Positions 58,437 through 64,000 of a DNA stretch of 64,000 bases are shown here, piece after piece. Positions within the stretch are counted from its first letter, which is position 1. Every line of letters begins with the position of its first letter. Origin of the DNA: Deltaproteobacteria bacterium. GTDB lineage: Bacteria > Myxococcota_A > UBA9160 > JAJDAL01. The notes beneath the pieces are model-generated. The model worked only from the letters and a program-made list of their open reading frames with translations. It did not search any database and had not been told where the DNA came from. The position numbers were made by a program, and so were the translations under genes. The stretch lies in contig JAJDAL010000033.1 in the NCBI GenBank assembly GCA_029261875.1, forward strand, positions 143,830-207,829. The letters are read 5' to 3'.

Positions 58437-59303
58437 TTAGAAACTTTCCATCTGGGAAAGCAAAGCGCGCAGGAAGTCTTCGCGCTCCCGCGGCTCGACC
58501 CCGCCGTAGCCGATCTTCTGACGCAGGACTTCGACGGTTCGCGCGAGAACCGGTTCGCGTTGCGCGGAATCGAGTCCTTCGAGTCGACCCAGGGTACGCC
58601 GAATCAGCTGCAGCTCCGTCGTACCCAAGGACTGAATCTGGGCTCGGTCGAATCGATAACTGGCGGACGGCGAAATCGTTTCGGATTCGGAACGGGCGGC
58701 GCGGGGCGGACGATCTTCGCGAACGACCAGCGTTCCAGCTGCCAGATCCCCAAGCCGGCGGCCCGCGTCGGAGGCCACCATGCTGATGACTCCAACGAGA
58801 TAGCTGGACGGTAGAATGTCCGCGATCCGCATCAAGTTCCTCAGAGCCGACGCGCCGAAATTGATGCGCTGCCCGCCTTCGCGAACGACCCGGAGTTTCA
58901 GGGCCATCTTTCCCGGAGAGCGCCCGCCCGAGACGGTTTCCCAAAAGATGAAATACAGAATCTCGTTGACGAGTTGCGTCAAGAGCAGGAATACGAAGAA
59001 GAACATCACCGCCGTACTGGACTGGAACGCATCGACGTCACCGGAAGCCAGGTCTTGTTGGAGCTGCTCGAAAAGCCCCCCCAGCCAAGCGACCACAGGA
59101 GGCAGCGTGAGGACGATCATCGCGATCAGGCCCACCTGCAGCACGAAGATCAGCAAATAGTCGATTCCATAGGCGAGCATGCGCGTAGACGGACCGGCGA
59201 TCGGCAGTTCGAGGGCCACCTGGTCCGGCGTGCGGAGCTCCTGGTGGAAAGCCCCTACGGGGGAGGTCCGGGGCGAGTCGATGGGGTCGGAAGTCATGCT
59301 CAC
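58437..59303 (-). CDS. RDD family membrane protein
   Basis: 288 aa. RMLAYGIDYLLIFVLQVGLIAMIV..., three TM helices, RSPGKMALKLRVV, typical of RDD domains. C-terminal soluble extension. Confidence 0.68.
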   Translation of the reverse strand: MSMTSDPIDSPRTSPVGAFHQELRTPDQVALELPIAGPSTRMLAYGIDYLLIFVLQVGLIAMIVLTLPPVVAWLGGLFEQLQQDLASGDVDAFQSSTAVMFFFVFLLLTQLVNEILYFIFWETVSGGRSPGKMALKLRVVREGGQRINFGASALRNLMRIADILPSSYLVGVISMVASDAGRRLGDLAAGTLVVREDRPPRAARSESETISPSASYRFDRAQIQSLGTTELQLIRRTLGRLEGLDSAQREPVLARTVEVLRQKIGYGGVEPREREDFLRALLSQMESF

Positions 59304-59366
59304 GAAGGGTATCTTTCGACCGGTCGCCCCCCCACCCTAACCGGAACCGATTTCGGGAGCCTGCAT

Positions 59367-60359
59367 TTGCAAGCCCACGACACCGAGCGATTCGAAGCCC
59401 TGCTGAACAGCGCCGAGGACCTGGGGCCCCGGAGCCAGTCCTTCGCTGAGCTGCGCGAATTGGCGCGCCTGTATCGCGCCCACGCGGCACGCCTCGCGCG
59501 CCTGCGCGACCGCGGAATGGACCCCGACGCAGTCCGCCACCTGAACGCCTTGTGTGTGCGCGCCTTCACGCGCCTGAACGTCGAACCCCTACGGGAAACA
59601 CCCGGGCCTACGCTGCGAGAGCGCGTCGCCAAAGCCATCGCGGAAAGCTGGCCAACACAGACGCTGGCGTGGGGTTTGCTCATCCTGGGCTTGGCGATCG
59701 GTGCTGGGCTCGGAGCGCGCGATGCCGAAATCCTCGCCGTGATGGTCCCGTTCTACAGTACCGAGGTGACCGAGCGCCTGGTGGCCTCCAAGGAAGCGCG
59801 CGAACAATTCCTGGCACGCGAAAAGACGCCGGTGGCCCAGAATCTGTTGTTCGGATCGTATCTGTTCGCGAACAACACGCGCGTGGGATTGCTCTCCTTC
59901 GCCACGGGCATCCTGGCCGGCATTCCCACGGTGATTCTCCAGTTCTACAACGGGGTCATGATCGGTGGCTTCACTTCGATCTTCCTACGCGACCCGTGGC
60001 CGATCGGGTTTCTGGCCTGGATTCTGCCCCACGGCGTGCCCGAACTGACCGCCATCACGCTGTGTGCCGCGGCGGGGCTCCACTTCGGTCGCGCGGTGGC
60101 GGCCCCCGGACGCCGAAGTCGACGGCGGGCGATTCGCGAAGCGGCGTTCCCCGCCCTGCTGCTGTTCGGCACCTCCGTACCGCTTTTCTTTGCGGCTGCG
60201 CTGGTGGAAAGTTTCATTCGCGAGTCGGCCCTGGGAACCACTCCCCGGCTCGCGGTAGCGGCCCTCTTCGTCGCGCTCCTCGGTTGGGGACTCCTGGCGG
60301 CGCGCCGGATCGCGCGCCGTCAGCGCGTCGAGACGAGTTGGCTCGCGGATCTCAGCTAG
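59367..60359 (+). CDS. SpoIIM-like (DUF95) membrane protein
   Basis: ILPHGVPELTAITLCAAAGL is the family signature, with about 6 TM helices. Start uncertain: TTG 59367 is proposed, whereas the track ORF starts at 58974, inside and antisense to the RDD gene. Confidence 0.62.
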   Translation: MQAHDTERFEALLNSAEDLGPRSQSFAELRELARLYRAHAARLARLRDRGMDPDAVRHLNALCVRAFTRLNVEPLRETPGPTLRERVAKAIAESWPTQTLAWGLLILGLAIGAGLGARDAEILAVMVPFYSTEVTERLVASKEAREQFLAREKTPVAQNLLFGSYLFANNTRVGLLSFATGILAGIPTVILQFYNGVMIGGFTSIFLRDPWPIGFLAWILPHGVPELTAITLCAAAGLHFGRAVAAPGRRSRRRAIREAAFPALLLFGTSVPLFFAAALVESFIRESALGTTPRLAVAALFVALLGWGLLAARRIARRQRVETSWLADLS

Positions 60360-61245
60360 CCGGAGCCCGGCCGATTCGGCGCCGCAGCAGCAGCCCGAAA
60401 CCGGCGCCCGCCAGCGACCCGCAGAACAGCCAAGTCACGAAACCCGGTAGCACGGGGACCGCGACCGGCGGCAGCAACCATTGGGCGTAGAAGGCGTCGA
60501 TGGCGTGTTCCGCCAGCGCGACGTACCCCTGCTCCGTGGGGTGGATCTCGTCCACGAAAAGATTCGGGTTGCCGGGAAAGTCGGGATCTCCCCCGCGCAG
60601 GGGCAGGTAGTCGGGAAATCCGCCCGGGAGCGGAGTTTCTCCGGGCCCGAACTCGTTTGGAAATCCGAAGCGGTGATGCAACACCCCGAGGTTGTTGAGG
60701 AGAAACAGATTGGGCTTCAGCGCCGCTCGCGCGATCATCTCTTCCGCAAAAATGCCGAGTTCGAAAGAAAATCCGGTCGAGAGGTTCACGTAGTCGTAGA
60801 CCCCGAGCGCGACGCGCACGTTGCTGCGAACGCCGTGGACGTGGTCGACGATGGTATCCACATCGTCGGCGACCTGAGCGATGACACCGAGCAGTTCGTC
60901 GATCGTGGTCGGCCCGGCGTTGAGGAAATCGTTGCCTCCCACCGAAAGATGGATGATGTCGAGGGTGGGGTTGGCTTGTAATTCCTGGGTGATGAGCGCG
61001 AGGAATCCGGGCGTTGCCCATTGCGCGGCGGTGGTTCCGCCGATCGAAGTGACTTCACCCAACTCCGAAAACTGTCCCAGACCCTTATTGCCGAGTGCGG
61101 TCTCGAACACGCGCTGCGTCCAGGACTCGCGTGCCCAGCTGTCACCCACCAACAGAATGCGATCCGTGGCAGCGCTGGCGGGAGCGCTGAAAAGCGAAAC
61201 CATGACGAAGACCGCACAAAGCGGTCCGAGCACTCGTTCCTTCAC
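60352..61245 (-). CDS. SGNH/GDSL hydrolase with a C-terminal Pro-motif + TM + Arg-cluster tail (paralog 2)
   Basis: GTG 61245 overlaps the upstream stop (GTGA); the track ORF extends to 61368. Signal peptide ...VMVSLFSAPASA. ILLVGDSW (block I), SIGGTTA (II), SVGGNDF (III), DEIHPT (V). Tail LLPPVAVPVLPGFVTWLFCGSLAGAGFGLLLRRRIGRAPAS. Confidence 0.75.
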   Translation of the reverse strand: MKERVLGPLCAVFVMVSLFSAPASAATDRILLVGDSWARESWTQRVFETALGNKGLGQFSELGEVTSIGGTTAAQWATPGFLALITQELQANPTLDIIHLSVGGNDFLNAGPTTIDELLGVIAQVADDVDTIVDHVHGVRSNVRVALGVYDYVNLSTGFSFELGIFAEEMIARAALKPNLFLLNNLGVLHHRFGFPNEFGPGETPLPGGFPDYLPLRGGDPDFPGNPNLFVDEIHPTEQGYVALAEHAIDAFYAQWLLPPVAVPVLPGFVTWLFCGSLAGAGFGLLLRRRIGRAPAS

Positions 61246-62141
61246 TCCACCCTTCTCACGCGATAGCGCGAGACCATAACGAATCCAGCCACTAGCAGCG
61301 CGGCCGCAAACCCCATGCGGGCCCAACCGTTCGCCATGGGGACGGGGGTCGAGGTCGGGAGCAGCCAATCGGCGTAGAACGCGTCGATGGCGTGCTCAGC
61401 GAGTCGGACATAGCTGGCATCCGTGGGATGAATCGAATCATCGAAGGCCGCGGGCGAGCCGGGAAATGCCGGATTGCCTCCCAAAAGCGGTGTGTAGTCG
61501 GGAAAGCCCCCCGGCAACGGTGTCTCCCCCGGACCAAATTGGCCGGGAAACCCGAAGGCGTGATGCAGTACGCCGAGGTTGTTGATCAAGAAGAAATTGG
61601 GCGTTTGATTCGCCCGCTGAAGGATCGCCTGGGCGAGGATGCCGAGCTCCGTCGAGAACCCGGAACCCGTGTTGACGTAATCGTAGACCGCGTAGCCGAT
61701 GCGCGCCTGGGGACGCAGAGCGAGAATGTGATCCACGATCGTCTGCGTGTCTGTGAGAATCTGATTGAGGAGCGCGAGCAGCTCCGCGGGCGTCTGGGCA
61801 TTGGATTGAAAGAAGTCATTGCCTCCGACCGACAGGTGGACGATGTCGAGGGACGGTTGGTTCTGCAATTCTTGGGTGATCAAGGCCAGGAACGAAGCGC
61901 TCGCCCATTCCGCCGCCGTCGTCCCCCCAATTGCCGTCACATCTCCCTTTTCGGAAAACTGACTGAGCGCCTTGTTCGCGAGAGCGGTTTCAAACGCCCG
62001 CGCCTGCCAGGCCTGCGCGACCCAGCTGTCGCCCACCAGGAGAATCCGCTCCGTGGCCGCAATTGCCGTGCCGTGGAACCAAAAAACCACCCCCACGACG
62101 GAAATCAGCGCGAATCGCGGTCTACGTGAGACGAGACGCAT
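61242..62141 (-). CDS. SGNH/GDSL hydrolase with a C-terminal Pro-motif + TM + Arg-cluster tail (paralog 1)
   Basis: 299 aa. Roughly 60% identical by eye to the downstream paralog, with the same SGNH blocks (ILLVGDSW, AIGGTTA, SVGGNDF, DSIHPT). Tail LLPTSTPVPMANGWARMGFAAALLVAGFVMVSRYRVRRVE. Confidence 0.75.
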   Translation of the reverse strand: MRLVSRRPRFALISVVGVVFWFHGTAIAATERILLVGDSWVAQAWQARAFETALANKALSQFSEKGDVTAIGGTTAAEWASASFLALITQELQNQPSLDIVHLSVGGNDFFQSNAQTPAELLALLNQILTDTQTIVDHILALRPQARIGYAVYDYVNTGSGFSTELGILAQAILQRANQTPNFFLINNLGVLHHAFGFPGQFGPGETPLPGGFPDYTPLLGGNPAFPGSPAAFDDSIHPTDASYVRLAEHAIDAFYADWLLPTSTPVPMANGWARMGFAAALLVAGFVMVSRYRVRRVE

Positions 62142-62201
62142 GCGAAGCCCTCCCAGAACGCTTCAGAGCCCGTCGGGATTCTGTCATACTACGCGTAACA
62201 A

Positions 62202-64000
62202 ATGAAGGAGATGCCGGTGCGTCGAATCGAAAAACGGATTTTGGGAATCGCGCTGGTCGTTTCGTTCCTGTTGTCTCCGGTCTGGACCCCCGTTGCCCAA
62301 GCGGCTGTCGACCCGGCGGCGAAGTGCATCGACGGCAAGCTGCGGACCGCGGCCGGATTGACCAAGAGCATCTTGAATTGCCACGCCAGTGCGACCCGGC
62401 GCGGACAGCCGGTCAACCCCAATTGTCTCGATCGCGCCCAGCAGCGCTTCGACAAACGGATGACACGCGCGGAAGACAAGGGCGGCTGCCCCACGCAAGG
62501 CGATGCGCCGATCGTCGCAAGCTTTGCGAATGCCCAGGCCAATCGGGCACTCATCAGCCTGACCCCCAATGGACCCGACGGAAGCAAGTGCTCCGGAAAG
62601 AAACTCTCCGCGGCCGCGAAGCGCGCCTTCAAGACGGCGAGCGCCCACGGCAAGAACGTGCGGAACCCCAACCTGGAGCGTCTGGTTCGCGACATCGATC
62701 GAGCCATTGGCAACTTTGACGACAGCATGGCGCGTGCCGAGAACAAGGGAGATTGCCAGACCCTCGGGGATGCCAATTCCGCCGGGGCCACGGTCGATTC
62801 CGGCGCCGACGCCATCTTCGTTGCCCTGACCCTCGTGGGTTCCGAGACGACCTCGATTGCCAGTGGCGCCGAGCCCGCGGAAACGCCGGGAACTGCCGGC
62901 GTCGACGCCAACGACTACCCGAATCTCGTGACCCAGTTCGGAGGCAGTTCCTTCAACCTCAACCGGGCGACCTACACACGCTATTTCGCAACACCCGACG
63001 GTTCACAACCCGATGCAATTCTCATCCTCGTGCCCGGCTTCGAAGGGGGTGCCACTTCGTTCAAGATTCTGGGCGAGAACCTGGTCACGCGTTCGCTCGA
63101 AAACGGCCTACGCGTCGAAGTCTGGGCCTACGACCGCCGCGGAAATCAACTGGAAGATCGCGAAGGCTTCGCAATCGCGCGGGCCAACGAGGACCCGTTG
63201 ATCGCCCTCGATTGGTATTACGGCGACGACCTGGGTCTGACCCTTTCCCCGGAACTCGTCGCGGGCCCGAATCGCCGGGCCTTCTTCCACGATACCCACG
63301 CCGATACCGCGTTCATCGCCAACTGGACCCCGCTGGTCCTTTCGCGGGACATCGACGCGCTGGTGGAGGCCGCGCGCAGCCAGGCGCTCAACCAGAACGT
63401 ATTCCTCGGCGGACATTCCGCGGGCACCGGGTTTACAGCCCGCTATGCGGCCACGGATTTCGATCTCAGCGGGTTGGGGCCCGTCGAAGCCGGCTACGCG
63501 AAATTGCGCGGATTGGTTCTGCTCGAGGGCGGAGGGGGAAGTGCGGGAGCCCCCCTGACCGAAGATCAACTCGATCGCATCGAAGACAAGGCCGACGGCG
63601 GCCAGTTCGCCGCCGTGCGCGACAACGCCCCACGCTGCAGCGACGGGACTCCCTGCACGGTGGCGACCGAAGCCGTGGACTGCGCGGGGATCGGCCAGGA
63701 AACCTGTACCGAACCCGTCGCTGCGTACTCGGTCGTGGCCGGACTCCTGAATCCCCACATCCTCGCTTCCGCCGAACCCGGCGTATTGCAGCCGCGCCTG
63801 TTGTCGGACACCGAGCAGGTGATCCTTCAGGTCGACCAGGGAGCGCCGGGAAACAACGCCATCGCAATGGTTCCCGAGCTCGCGCCCCTCGCGTTGATCC
63901 CGCAGTCGACTCCCGACGGCGCCCTCGGGACGTTCATCGACGACGATGGGTTCATCTCGTCGTTCGCCGTGTTCGTCCGCACATCGGTCGGCGCGCCCGG
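62202..64000 (+). CDS. exported alpha/beta-hydrolase (lipase/esterase-like) with a duplicated Cys-motif N-terminal domain; 3' end beyond the window
   Basis: Open-ended, so absent from the ORF track. Hand translation from ATG 62202 is stop-free to 64000. MKEMPVRRIEKRILGIALVVSFLLSPVWTPVAQA is a signal peptide. Nucleophile elbow VFLGGHSAGTG. LILVPGFEGG is an oxyanion-hole-like strand. Confidence 0.65.
   Translation, partial: MKEMPVRRIEKRILGIALVVSFLLSPVWTPVAQAAVDPAAKCIDGKLRTAAGLTKSILNCHASATRRGQPVNPNCLDRAQQRFDKRMTRAEDKGGCPTQGDAPIVASFANAQANRALISLTPNGPDGSKCSGKKLSAAAKRAFKTASAHGKNVRNPNLERLVRDIDRAIGNFDDSMARAENKGDCQTLGDANSAGATVDSGADAIFVALTLVGSETTSIASGAEPAETPGTAGVDANDYPNLVTQFGGSSFNLNRATYTRYFATPDGSQPDAILILVPGFEGGATSFKILGENLVTRSLENGLRVEVWAYDRRGNQLEDREGFAIARANEDPLIALDWYYGDDLGLTLSPELVAGPNRRAFFHDTHADTAFIANWTPLVLSRDIDALVEAARSQALNQNVFLGGHSAGTGFTARYAATDFDLSGLGPVEAGYAKLRGLVLLEGGGGSAGAPLTEDQLDRIEDKADGGQFAAVRDNAPRCSDGTPCTVATEAVDCAGIGQETCTEPVAAYSVVAGLLNPHILASAEPGVLQPRLLSDTEQVILQVDQGAPGNNAIAMVPELAPLALIPQSTPDGALGTFIDDDGFISSFAVFVRTSVGAP

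Overview
GC-rich chromosomal segment from a diderm bacterium; Lnt, an RND/OMF efflux pump and sigma-54 machinery are all present. Spot counts of single 60-nt lines give about 58-67% GC over most of the window. A visibly lower-GC block (43-52% in sampled lines) lies at about 9.9-19.9 kb. Left to right: (1) a partial exported-protein gene, a flavoprotein-monooxygenase gene remnant and a three-gene RND efflux operon. (2) A 2OG/Fe(II)-oxygenase-like gene and a SAM-methyltransferase-like gene. (3) A polymorphic-toxin cassette: a small membrane-anchored protein, a 1929-aa Sec-signal SpvB/FG-GAP/RHS protein with an unusual C-terminal payload, and a signal-peptide-bearing putative immunity gene. (4) lnt. 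(5) A 25-nt copy of the ssrA 3' end. (6) Three exported-protein genes: an FG-GAP lipoprotein, a propeller-SGNH hydrolase and a 1335-aa PKD protein. (7) The intact tmRNA gene. (8) A PDZ protein and monomeric isocitrate dehydrogenase. (9) A 1490-aa LamG protein. (10) A roughly 14-kb Wzx/Wzy-type polysaccharide locus with an AlgD-like dehydrogenase, a sulfotransferase, a sulfatase-like enzyme without the CxPxR motif, two Wzy_C proteins and a FemAB-like protein. (11) An M20 peptidase. (12) A large polytopic membrane protein divergent from a tightly coupled B12-radical-SAM / GtrB-like GT2 / methyltransferase operon. (13) A candidate sigma-54 promoter, hsp20 and an NtrC-type activator. (14) An RDD and SpoIIM-like gene pair. 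(15) Two tandem SGNH hydrolases with sorting-signal-like tails, and a partial alpha/beta hydrolase. No CRISPR array, transposase, integrase or rRNA/tRNA gene was found. The most interesting candidates are the RHS payload/immunity pair, the ssrA-repeat-bounded segment and the radical-SAM glycan-modification cluster. All family assignments come from motif recognition by eye; no searches were run.
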